From Neocallimastix sp. 'constans' (lineage: Eukaryota): 64,000 bases of DNA. The DNA lies in assembly GCA_050613775.1 (NCBI GenBank), contig JBODTK010000012.1, forward strand, positions 1 to 64,000. The letters run 5' to 3'. Below are positions 44,016 to 57,215 of the stretch, piece after piece. The position numbers were made by a program, and so were the translations under genes. The notes under the pieces were generated by a model. It was not told where the DNA came from, did no database searches, and saw only the letters and a list, made by a program, of their open reading frames with translations. The first letter of the stretch is position 1, and each line of letters begins with the position of its first letter.

Positions 44016-45186
44016 TGTTTTTACATGTTTCATCTATTAAATGTTCAATAAACAATATTAATATTTAAATAATTACAGATATACAATTTTTATTATTAAT
44101 ACTACCAAATGATTGCACTAAGAATAATAGCAATTATATACGAACAGATTTTATTGTTTACTTAAAAATTTTATGACTATTAAATATCAAAAAAATATTG
44201 GAATATTAATGTTTTATATTTATATATATAGTATAAATATGTCTGTCTATAATTATATGTATTATATTAATAAAGTAATTTAAAAATTTATGTTTATATA
44301 CGTTTTAATATATAAACAATAAATATATATATATTTATTAACAAAAAAAAAAAAAAAAAAAAAAAAATATTTTTAGTAAAGCAAAAACAATGCATTGAAT
44401 TAAAGACAAAAAAAAATGAGACTAAATTATAGTAAACTTTATTATCATCAAATAAATTGCTTATAATTCAATTGTTCATATTTCTTTAAAAAAAATTATG
44501 GAATGGATAATGTTAAAATAATCACATTTTATTTTATATTTTATATTATTAATATTATATTTTTATATTTTTATATTATTATCAATATTATATTCTTATC
44601 TTATATTAATATTTTATTCTTATATTTTTATGTTGTGTAACATTTATCTATGTGTATTAATTCATAGAATAATCACATGATTAAATATGTAATTTTTACT
44701 ATAAAAAATAATTATTTTTATTATCTTAAAAAAAATGAGTTCTTTACATTAATAAAATTTATGTATTAAATAAATACAAAAATAAATAAAGTTTATTATA
44801 AAAAACACACATACTTTTCTCAGATAATAAATATAGCAATTATAATTGTTTAAAATTGTTTAAAATTATAAAGAATAGTTATAATATATATTAATAAATA
44901 TTTTATAATATATTAATTAATAATATATTAAAATATTTATACTCATTTTAATATGTTATAAAATTTATTAATTTTAATAAAAAAAAATTTTAATTAAAAT
45001 CTAACCTTTAAAATTTATAATATTTTATTATTTAAAAAAGATTGATAGAATATGTGATACAAAATAACTTAAATATAATGGAATGGTGAAATGGATACAT
45101 TCTAGCAATAATAGTATTATTAAACCTAGAGTGAAAAGGGTTTAGATAAATCAGAAGATAAATCTACTAGTAATGAGACCATTCAA

Positions 45187-45465
<279 letters not shown>

Positions 45466-45470
45466 AAAAA

Positions 45471-46285
45471 TTTTTTTTTTAATAGCTGCAATTATTGCAA
45501 ACTTTTAATTTTATTTATTCATTCATATATTAATTACATGAATACATAATAATGTCTTGATTTAGTAATGTGAAATAAAAAGTAATATTCAAAATAAAGT
45601 GTATAAATGAATTCAGAAAAAAGTTCATAGGCAACGCACCTCACCTCCAAGAACATAAGATTTCTGTTTCAAAAGGAATTCTTATTCGGATTAGGGTTTG
45701 AATTAACTATCTGAAAGATATTATGGTCTTCTCCTTCAGAAGCATTGGTCATGGTAGTCTCTCTTACTGCCATTTTCAAGAAAATTACTAAAATTAACAC
45801 AATTTTCACCAATTGACCTATTCACTAAACTATTAGTAACGATACTATTATTTTCACTATCACTAATATTATAATTTCTATTTTCATTATTAACACTATT
45901 ACTATTATTAACAATATTATTTCTATTGTTATTATTATTAATATTATACTCTTTGTTACTACTATCAGAATCAGTACTTTATTCCTCATTATTCATATCT
46001 AGGACAATGTTTACATTACTATTTGATATTGGACAATATTTACTAATTACAAACAATTTTTCATTAAGAATTTTATATCCTTAAAATATTTCAGTCGAAA
46101 TTCATGGAAAAGATAGCATTTAGAAAACAGATTACTATTTTCTCTATAATAAGGTCATTGTTCTGGAAAGTCGTCTTCAATCATATTGGTGACTTTGGTA
46201 ATACGAACACCGAATTTATACACATTTGACACGAAGTACCCATCGTAAGCCAATGTTAAATTCAAGATACTTGAAGTTGATCTTT

Positions 46286-46322
<37 letters not shown>

Positions 46323-47726
46323 GACAGGGAAAAGAATACACTTCCATAGCTTTATTAATTTTATTTTAAAAAAAATTCATGTAGGTGAAAAGTACATTTA
46401 AAATTAAAAATAAAAATAAAAGTTAAAAAATAAAAAATAAAAAAGCTCAAAAATACTATGCATTTCGGCAAGTTGTACTATGAGGGAATTTTCCCCTTTC
46501 TAACAAATAAAAAAAAAAAAAAAAAAGAAATAAAACCTAAAAGTAACATCTTTAAAATAGATAGTGTGGTGTCCACTAAACTCTCCCCGGATTCATCATC
46601 TATTGAACTACTAGGGCGAGATTCACCCTTCGTGGAAATAGATGATGATCTTGTATTATCATTATGTCTTATTAGAACGACGTCGACGCTCTTGGTAAAT
46701 TGATCTTTAAATAGTCTCTAGTTCTATCAAATTCATTTTATTACACATAATATTTCAATATAAATTTCATTATAACAATTAGATATTTTAATAATTTAAA
46801 AAAAAAAAAAAAAACTTCTAATTTGCATTTTTTTAAAATTTTGTTATTTATAAATTTTATTATCTATTGTTGTCGATTTAAAAATTAAATTATAAATAAA
46901 ATTTTAGTTATGTTATTCTTTCATTATTTTTTTTTTTTTTCTTTTTTTATAGACAGGGAAGAGAATACACTTCCATAACTTTATTAATTTTATTATAAAA
47001 AAAAAAAAAAAAATTCATGTAGGTGAATAGTACATTTGAAATTAAAAATAAAAATTAAAAAATGAAAAAAATAAAAAAGAAAATACTATGTATTTCGGCA
47101 AGTTGTACTATGCGGGAATTTTCCCCTTTCTAACAAATAAAAAAAAAAAAAAAAAAGAAATAAAACCTAAAAGTAACATCATTAAAATAGATAGTGTGGT
47201 GTCCACTAAACTCTCCCCGGATTCATCATCTATTGAACTACTAGGGCGAGATTCACCCTTCGTGGAAATAGATGATGATCCCGTATTATCATTATGCCTT
47301 ATTAGTACGACGTCGACGCTCTTGGTAAGTTGATCTTTAAATAGTCTCTAGTTCTATCAAATTCATTTTATTACACATAATATTTCAATATAAATTTCAT
47401 TATAACAATTAGATATTTTAATAATTTAAAAAAAAAAAAAAAACTTCTAATTTGCATTTTTTTAAAATTTTGTTATTTATAAATTTCATTATCTATTGTT
47501 GTCGATTTAAAAATTAAATTATAAATAAAATTTTAGTTATGTTATTCTTTCATTATTATTTTTTTTTTTTTTTTTTAGACAGGGAAGAGAATACACTTCC
47601 AAAACTTTATTGAACTACTAGGGCAAGATTCATCCTTCGTAGAAATAGATGATGATCCTGTATTATCATTATGCCTTATCAGTACGACGTCGACGCTCTT
47701 GGATAAGTTTGGTATTTTGCAATACC

Positions 47727-47782
<56 letters not shown>

Positions 47783-48325
47783 CAGGGAAGAGAATACACT
47801 TCCATAACTTTATTAATTTTTATTAAAAAATACATGTAGGTGAAAAAGTACATTTAAAAATAAAAATAAAAATAAAAAGTTAAAAAATTAAAAAATAAAA
47901 AGCTCAAAAATACTATGTATTTTGGCAAGTTGTACTATGCGGGAATTTTTCCCTTCCTATCAAATAAAAAAGAAATAAAATTTAGAAGTAACATCCTTAA
48001 AATAGATAGTGTGGTGTCCACTAAACTCTCCCCGGATTCATCATTTATTGAGCTACTAGGGCGAGAATCACCCTTCGTAGTAATAGATGATAATCCTGTA
48101 TTATCATTATGCCTTATCAGTACGACGTCGACGCTCTTGGTTAAGTTTGATATTTTGCAATACCTATCAAATAATAGCTCAAACGAACTACTTATGATAG
48201 GTATTGCACTTTTTAAGAATTCCGCCAAGCCCACAATTTTTGGAACAGGTGACTCAGATGAACCTTTGAAAAGTAGTTCATTTAATTGTCTCTGTTCCCC
48301 ACTATCGAAATGTAGCTCATATGTT
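45471..48325 (-). mobile_element. Nested cluster of 5'-truncated LINE 3' ends: one family-A remnant plus four family-B copies
   Basis: Family A at 45481 to about 46780 (homologous to 26781+). Family B copies start GACAGGGAAR AGAATACACTTCC after poly-T at about 46322, 46951, 47577 and 47780. A unit of about 630 bp is tandemly duplicated. Confidence 0.8.
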
Positions 48326-49033
48326 ATTCTTTCATATTACAGTAATTTAAATCTTCTAATTAACTATAAAATCTTCTATTATAGTTACAAATACAAATAT
48401 AAATTATATAACTATTTATACTAAAAACAACATATATAAATTATTAAAATTTCATCATGAAAAAATTTATTTCAACAACTTCTCGTTAGTATAACGAAAA
48501 TTTATTTCATTAATAAATAATGATATTTCCTTTTATTTTCATTAAACAACCATTTTCCAATATAAATTTAATTTCAAAAATTAGATTTTAAATAACTTTA
48601 AATTAACAAACTCTTTATATTCCTCCATTTTAAAAATTATAATTACTGTTATTTTAAAATTAATTTTTTATTAAATTTAAAAAAACTATAAATTCTCGGA
48701 CTCGCACCAATTTTACTGCCTATCAAAATTTTGACATTACAATTTTTTTCTAATGTGTAATAGATATAAAAAAGTATATATATCTATATATTAAGATTTT
48801 AATTACTTTGTATTGAAGACAATTTTTACTGAATTTTCATCCATATTTTCATCCATTTAATAATTTTTAATTTACGTTTCAATTTTCTTTTTATATTCTT
48901 AATAAATCCAAATTTATTTTTTTATAAAAAAACACATTAAATATAATATATATATATGATATTTTTATTAAATATGAGTATTCTTTTATTAAATAATTTA
49001 ATATTTCTATTAAACATATGATGCAAAAGTTGC

Positions 49034-49988
49034 TTAAACTCTGAAAGCTCTGGAACCTATTTTTTTAAAAAAAAATAAATTTTAATATTTTTAAATTTCT
49101 ACTTAGTTTGATTTTATTAATTTATTATTAACTATACTTACTTCTACGTCCTCTAGCCTTTTCGAACTTACGTCCCTTGGAACGAACGTATGGCTTAGTA
49201 TCACTCTTTGGAACACCTGGAGCCTTTCCGAAGTGCTTAACAGCTTCACGGTGACTCTTCTTACCTCTAAGAAGAACACAGTTAGTACCAGTTGGGGCAC
49301 GAAGAGCTAATTGGTCAAAAGTTAAGCATTCACCACCAGCCTTTAAGATCTTAGCACGAGCGGTCTTGGTGAATCTTAAGGCACAGATAGTCATCTTTGG
49401 AACTTCAAACATACGGCTGTCATCAGTAACGGTACCGACAACAACGGCAATCTTACCTTCCTTGTTAGCTAAGTTCTTAGCAATGTTGGAAAGGGTCATT
49501 GGTGGCTTGTTAATTCTGGACATGAAGAGTCTCTTAAGAACAACCTTGTTGAAAGCAGCATCAGTACGACGAGCTAAGAAACGGTAGAGCTTTAATATAA
49601 CATGAATTTTAGTTTATAATATTGCCTTTATTCCACTTAATATAATTATAATATACGCTAATAAATTTATATTATAATTCAATATCTGTTCCAATTTTTA
49701 CCTTAACTAAAAGTAATAAGTAAACATCATTACTTTTTGGGGCAGATCTATTGCTGTTCTTGACGTGTTTCTTTTGGATGTCGATACCCTATTAACGATA
49801 AATAATATAATACACACAAATAAGAAATTAACTTTATTAATCATTCATTCATCCATCATCAATAATAAATTCATATATAATTTCATATAACCAAACAAAA
49901 TAATAAATATTAATAAAAACTTTGAACACAATCAAATTCACCAACAATTAACACATATTTTTCATAACTCAATAATAAGACATACCAT
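49034..49988 (-). CDS. RPL18: 60S ribosomal protein eL18
   Basis: Exons 49988-49986 (ATG), 49788-49702, 49589-49142 and 49056-49034: [39 protein letters not shown]...[21 protein letters not shown]. Confidence 0.97.
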
Positions 49989-50110
49989 TTTAACAATTGC
50001 TTCTTAGACTATAATATCAAGTTGAAGCTTTATAAAAGAGAGATTAAATTAGAGTACTGTGAAGAAGTTTTTTAGATAGTACATTACTCAAATTAAAATA
50101 TAAATATATT

Positions 50111-50138
50111 TGATTGGATAATAAAATATATCCAATCA
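50111..50138. promoter_or_regulatory. Inverted pair of CCAAT boxes upstream of RPL18
   Basis: TGATTGGATA (50111-50120) and TATCCAATCA (50129-50138), in the RPL18/eIF3e divergent intergenic region. Confidence 0.45.
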
Positions 50139-50979
50139 TTTATTGTAAATCAGCCTCTTCTATAATTAAATTTTTAGTGGTTTAACCATCATTAATGTAG
50201 CACCAAGTTAGCATATATAATAAATTACAAAAAAATATAAAGTTTAGTAATAAGTGTTTAGTGTAATTATTATTATTGTTACTCTAACATAAATATTATT
50301 AAACTTAATATATAAATTAATAATTTTCAATATTATTTATTTATTTTATTATTTTATAATTTTTTTTTTTTTCTTTACGAAATAAATATTAAAAAAAAAA
50401 AAAAAAGGTAAAATAGAACAATTTAATATAATAAAAGATTATAAATAATAATTAACCGAAAAAAAAATAATAAAATATATATATAAAGAAATATATATAT
50501 TAATTAATTTACAGTATGAATAAAATAAAAGTAGAAGTTGTAATATATTAAATTAATAAAAAGTAAAAGTAAAAACAAAAGTAGAAGCAAAAAAAAAAAA
50601 AAAAAAAAATTGCAATATATTTTAAATTAATTTATATTGTTTAATCAGACAAAACACCTTGTTAAATTTTGATAAACAGTTATTATTACAATGAATTTTA
50701 ATATTTTATAATTTATGTATGAAATATTTAATTGATTTATATATTACAAAAATGTAATGTAATAAAACAAAATAACACAAAACAAAACAAAAACAAACAA
50801 GCAAACAAACAAAAAAATTTTTAATTTAACACATCCTAAGAATGAAACACAGAAAAAAATAAATTTTATCAAAAGGATTTTTATTATTATTATTAGTATT
50901 ATTATTAAATTTATTTATATTTTTATTTTTTGATATATAATGTATAATATTAAAATTATAAATTTAATTAGAATTCAAG

Positions 50980-53286
50980 ATGGCTCAATACGATTTAACC
51001 AATAAAATTGGTAGATACCTTGATAGACACATGATTTTTCCATTATTGGAATTCTTAAGTCATCATGAGGTATATATAAAAATATTAAATGTACATGAAG
51101 AAATAAGTTTATTAATTAAAAGTTACGATATAATATATATATAATAATCTTTATATAAAATCTAAAAATACAAATATAAAAAGATTTATCCATCTGAAGA
51201 ATTAGTTCAAGCTCATTATGATTTATTAGCTGAAACTCATATGGTTGATTATGCTAATGAAATTTATTGTGAAATCCATCCTGATGAACAATGTTCACCA
51301 GGTAATATATATATAAATATAATAAAAGAAAATAATTTTTTTCAGGATTTATTAATTATTTAATCAAAAAAAATATTGTTGTATTTGGATTAACAGTGTA
51401 TGAAGAAAGACGTAATCAGGTTTTAGCTAGATTGGAAGAACTTCGTGATGAAAGTTCTGAAATTATGAATATTATCCAAGATCCAAATGTTATTCAACAA
51501 TTAAAGCAAGATAAGATTCAAAACATTCAATTCTTAAAGGCCAACTATAACGTATGCAATGAATATTAATTGTTGTTTAATGTAATAATTGAAATTAATT
51601 TTTTTTTGTATAAAATTATGATAATATAATAAACAAATAAAATAGTTTAAACCAGAAATGTTACAAAATTTATATGATTTTGCTAAGTTCCAATACAACT
51701 GTGGTAACTACAGTGGTGCCGCTGAAATGTTGTATCACTTTAGAATTTTAGTAAGTGATTTATATTATTATTATTATTAAATAGTTGCTAATATTATTGG
51801 TATAATTAATGATAAATTATTTATCAATATTTATTTATTTATTTTAAATTATAGTCTACCGATGAAAATTTGAACTTACAAGCTCTTTGGGGTAAATTAG
51901 CCTCTGAAATTTTAACCACAAACTGGGAAACTGCTTTGGAAGATTTAAACAAACTTAAAGAAGCTATTGATCAAAAGGTAATAATAATATTATTATAAGA
52001 TTGAAGAGGTAAAAATCTAAATTATTTAAATTAAAAAATATAAAATTTAAGACTTTCCCATCTCATCTTCAACAATTACAACAACGTACTTGGTTAATTC
52101 ATTGGAGTTTATTCGTTTTCTTTAATCATCCAAATGGACGTAACTTAATTATTGACATGTTCTTCCAACCACAGTATGTATAATTTTATATAAGAAGTAA
52201 AATCTATAATAGTTTTTGTGTACTAATATATTAAATTTTTTTTATACATAAAGATACTTTAATACTATTCAAATCGCTTGTCCATGGATATTAAGATACT
52301 TAACTGCTGCTGTTATTACCAGCAAAAAGAGAAAGAACTTTATTGATGATTTAGTTAAGGTTATTCAACAAGTAAGTATAATTATAATAATATTGTGTTA
52401 GTAAAAGTATTAAAATAAATAAATAAATAAATAAATAAACACAAAATATAAAATACACAATTTTAATAATATTAAAATCTAATTATACAATATCTTCGAA
52501 AAAAAAAGGAATCTGCTTCATACAGTGATCCAATTACTGAATTCATTGAATGTCTTTATGTTAAATTCGATTTTAACGGTGCTAAGGAAAAGTTAAGAGA
52601 TTGTGAAGACGTATTATTTAACGATTTCTTCTTGGTCGCTACTAAGGAGGACTTTATCGAAGCTGGTAGATTAATTATTTTCGAAACTTATTGCAAGATC
52701 CATCAAAATATTGATATTAAGTAATAATGAAAAAAAAAATATATATATATATGTATATGTGTATAGTTAATTTTATCACATGAAGTGTATTAAAATGTAA
52801 ATATTTAAATATACAATATTAGTAAAATGTCTGAAATGTTAAATCTTGAAAAGGATTCCGGTGAAAAGTGGATCGCCAATTTAATTAGAAGTGCACGTTT
52901 AGATGCTAAAATTGATATTAAAAATGTAAGTTGCTTATTTATTTATTTATTTATTTATTTATCAATATATAATATTATATAAGAATTATAAAATGAAACA
53001 AAATTCATTGAACATAATATTTTTATTAAATTCTATTCTACTTCATAATTATTTTTTTTAATATCATTCAAAAATTTATAAAATTATTTAAAAACAAAAA
53101 CCATTTTATAAAATAAATTATTAAATATAATAGAACAGGATTATTATGGGTGGTCAACCTACCTCTACATACCAAACTATATTAGATAATGCTTATGATT
53201 TAATGGCCAGAAGCAATGATATTATAAATACTATTGATAGACCACAATCTAACCAAAATAAAAAGAAGTACAATAATAAACAATAA
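50980..53286 (+). CDS. eIF3e: Translation initiation factor eIF3 subunit E (Int6), about 10 short exons
   Basis: [117 protein letters not shown]. All exons are too short for the ORF track. Confidence 0.95.
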
Positions 53287-54381
53287 ATTGTTTTAACGGG
53301 GAATATATATAAAAGAAAGGATCAAATAAAATAATCATATTTTTTATTTTCTCTCTCTACTTATTATTATTTTTTTTTTTTTTTTAAAAAAAAAAAAATT
53401 GAAATGAAATATTTATACAAATATATTTAGATTTATTTCTATTTAATAAACATAAAATTAATGAATTCTTTTTTTTTTATTATTTTTAATATATAATTTA
53501 ATTTTTATTGTAAAAATTAATTACCATCAATAAATATAAGCAATTAAAAATAAATTAAAGATAAAAAAGAAAAAAAGAATAATGATTTTTTTTTTTTTTT
53601 TTTTACATAATTGATGAGCAATTTTTTTTTTTTTTGATTAAAAATTATTTATATTCTATTTTATATACTTCTTCATTTTTAAATATAGATATATATATAT
53701 ATAAACAAAAGAAGGAAAAAAAGAAAATTTTTATTAATATTTAAAAAAAAATAAAAATAAAAATAAAATAAAATAAAATTTTTAAAGACATTAATATTTT
53801 ATTATAATTATTATTATTTTTTTTTTTATTTTAATATTTTATTTAATAATAAATTATTCCTAATATTTTTAATTAATATAAAGTATGATTTATATATTCA
53901 ACATATAAAAAAAAAAAAATTTTTGGTATAGTGGATAATTAGAAAAACAAATAAAATATACATATACAGAAAATAAAAGTATTACAAATAATAATAGTAA
54001 TACTATTATTATTATTGTTATTTATTTATTTTATTTATTTATTTATTTATTTATTTTTTTTAATTAAAATTATAGTTTTTTTTTTTTTTTTTTTATTTTA
54101 AAAATTTTAGACTAATCGTTTTTTTGATACAATACTGAATAAATAATGTACAAATTAATTTTAATGTATGTATCAAAAAATATAAAAGTTTATCAAATCA
54201 ATTTTAATTGAAATAAAGAAAATATTCAAAAAAGTTGAAATATAATACTATTATCACAATAAAGTTTATTCATTTCAGTATTAATTAAATTAGTTTATTC
54301 ATTTCAATATTAATTAATATTGAATAAAAAAAAAAATAAAATAAAATGAAAACATGGTAACTTATGCTATGTTTGAAAATG

Positions 54382-54418
<37 letters not shown>

Positions 54419-55041
54419 TGTATTTAAAATTTTAACATTTTGAAGTTTTATATTTAATTAAATGAATATTTTAATATAGTATAATAATGTAGAAAGTAAT
54501 AAAATAAAAAAAATCTTTTTTTAGATTTAAAATTAATTAATTGAAAGAATTTATAACTAAATAATAATAATTATAGTTTTAGGAATGGTTATGATCTTTT
54601 ATCTTATTTAATGAAATAATAATCCTTCATTAATAATATAATTAGTTAATTCATTATTTGTTTATATTCTATTTGAAGTAATAAACTTAATGTTTGAATA
54701 CTACTACAAACATTTTAATTATTTATATATGAATTTGATCTGCTGTATCTTATTGTTAAACAGTAAAACTTGAGTAATACATATATCTTAATATATTGGT
54801 TATAAGTTCGTTATAAATTTCAATTTAAACATTTTTATTTATTGAATGAATACCATTGGAATATGAGAACTAATGAAATATTCTTTTTATATCAGTATTT
54901 AAAGATTTTATAGTACTTATATTAATATCAAGAGTAGCTAAAATTTTTTATATTTATTAACTTCGCTAAACATAACAATGTAAAAAACGTAGATGTTATA
55001 TAACTTTCCAATATACTATGAATATGATTATACTTATTATA

Positions 55042-55073
<32 letters not shown>

Positions 55074-55424
55074 ACACTAGAATAGTATTATTTACATTTT
55101 CAATACATTAGGTTATATACAAACATATACTTATATTAATATAATTTTTATTGTTTTTATTATTAATAATTGATTTTTAAATATACATAATATCACAAGA
55201 CCTAACTAATATTTATGAAATAATTTTATTTGTTATTTAATAATTTAAACATAAATATATAAAAGAATCATCATATAGTACATATTCATTTTTTGTATGA
55301 AAAATAAATTTTAATTAATCTCAAATTTGATTATAGTAATAATTTTTATTCTTTATAATTTTTATAATTGATTGTAATGAAATATCATATAATTTCATAA
55401 TAAATAAATATAATAATCTATAAG

Positions 55425-55467
<43 letters not shown>

Positions 55468-55571
55468 CAATGTGTTTTGATTTAAATATTTTTATAATTT
55501 ATACCTTATATTTTAATTTTATATAATATGCTATTGTATAAACATTAATTTTCTAATTTATTTTGATTTAT

Positions 55572-55602
<31 letters not shown>

Positions 55603-55889
55603 TTTTTTAATAATTATATATATATATATATATATAATTATTTTCAATAAATTTATTTGCTTGCTTTCTTTAATTATTTTAATTTTAATATATAATTTTC
55701 AAAATTTTATTATTTTTATATATTTGCTTATATTAAGTTATCTAATATTTTATTTATAATTATATATAATTATTAGTTTTTCTTTTATTATAAATTTATA
55801 TTTAAAAATTATCATGAATATATGTATAATTTTAAAATTTTATTTAGTTATTTATATTAAAAAAATACTACATTATTAAAAATTTTTAA

Positions 55890-57215
55890 TTAAAAATTTT
55901 TAATATTATTAAAATAAATTTGTGATTGTTTAGTGGTATAATTTTCAAACGAATTTTTGTTATTTTTATTTATATTTAAATTAGAAATAAGATCCATATC
56001 TACAGATGAAATAGATTTATTAAAACTATGGTTGCCATTATTTATTTGAATTATAGAATCATTATTACTACTCTCAGATTTATTATTATTATGAATGGTA
56101 TTATCATTTTTAGCTGTTTCAGGACGTACTATATCAATGGAGTTTGTATTTATATTACTTCCAGATATAATACTTACATCTCCTTTATTTTGGTTACTCT
56201 CTAATTTTCTATAAGAAAATGACGAATTGAAACTTTTGCTTAAAAGAATATTGACATTGCTATTATTACTTTTATTAGTTTCATCATTATTAGGCTTATT
56301 AGTTTTCATATATTGGCGTTCAACGAAACATTTGAGAAGAATTTGGTCAATATATATTAAATTGTAACAGAGACTTAATGGAATTTGACGAATTGGATCT
56401 GGGTCTATAAAAGTAATTACTTTCTTTTTATATTGATTAATTAAAATAAATACAATGACAATAATGAATGGTAAGAAAATAATAGTTGCTCCCATAGTAA
56501 CAAAAATACGTAATTCAGATATTTGCTTAAATTTATCCATAAAAGTATTTTTGCTGAAAGTTTTATATTCTTTAAGTTTGCTAAAAAGTTCAGTAGTGAG
56601 GGCATGCATTACAGAAAAATCATATACAAAACCAACGATATGATAGACAGCAACAATAGTCCACCACGTGATATCAAAAAGTTGTAAACCATTTTGTTGT
56701 CTTCCATATTTATTAACTTGATTGAAATCAAGCGGAAGGTAAATGAAATAACTTGCAATTCCAGCAAATTTTACAAGGTTATAGATAATACAACAATAAA
56801 ATACGATATTGATTTTTACTGTATTTATTGTTACTGCTTTTGTTCTTAAATAGAGATACCAATCTCCAAATATTTCACCGCTTAACCAAAATAAATGAGC
56901 AACAGCATTTCCAACAATCCAACGAGCATTAGTATTTGGCCATAAGGTTCTTTTGTCTTTTGGTATTGGTAAAAGTTCACCAGCTTCTCTTAAAGCATCA
57001 CCAATTGCTCTTAACAGCCAATGAAGAATTAATATTATAATAACAGGTCTTTTCCAATTTTTTCTATTAATAAGAATAATTAAAAAGACCCAGGGAAAGA
57101 ATTCATTTGTAATTAATGAAACTATTATTTTTTGAATTCGATCAATTGTTGGAACATATTTATCAAATGGATTTCCAATGTCATATGGACTAGTATATTG
57201 AATTATTTGATACAT
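55890..57215 (-). CDS. Intronless polytopic membrane protein (about 7 hydrophobic segments, N/S-rich cytosolic tail; GPCR-like topology)
   Basis: 441-aa ORF with roughly seven hydrophobic stretches in the first 300 aa, followed by a low-complexity tail. Confidence 0.75.
   Translation of the reverse strand: MYQIIQYTSPYDIGNPFDKYVPTIDRIQKIIVSLITNEFFPWVFLIILINRKNWKRPVIIILILHWLLRAIGDALREAGELLPIPKDKRTLWPNTNARWIVGNAVAHLFWLSGEIFGDWYLYLRTKAVTINTVKINIVFYCCIIYNLVKFAGIASYFIYLPLDFNQVNKYGRQQNGLQLFDITWWTIVAVYHIVGFVYDFSVMHALTTELFSKLKEYKTFSKNTFMDKFKQISELRIFVTMGATIIFLPFIIVIVFILINQYKKKVITFIDPDPIRQIPLSLCYNLIYIDQILLKCFVERQYMKTNKPNNDETNKSNNSNVNILLSKSFNSSFSYRKLESNQNKGDVSIISGSNINTNSIDIVRPETAKNDNTIHNNNKSESSNNDSIIQINNGNHSFNKSISSVDMDLISNLNINKNNKNSFENYTTKQSQIYFNNIKNF

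Noticed and set aside
46458..48424. Repeated plus-strand ORFs MYFGKLYY... as a small gene family
   Set aside because: Antisense readings of poly(A)-tailed LINE 3' ends on the minus strand.
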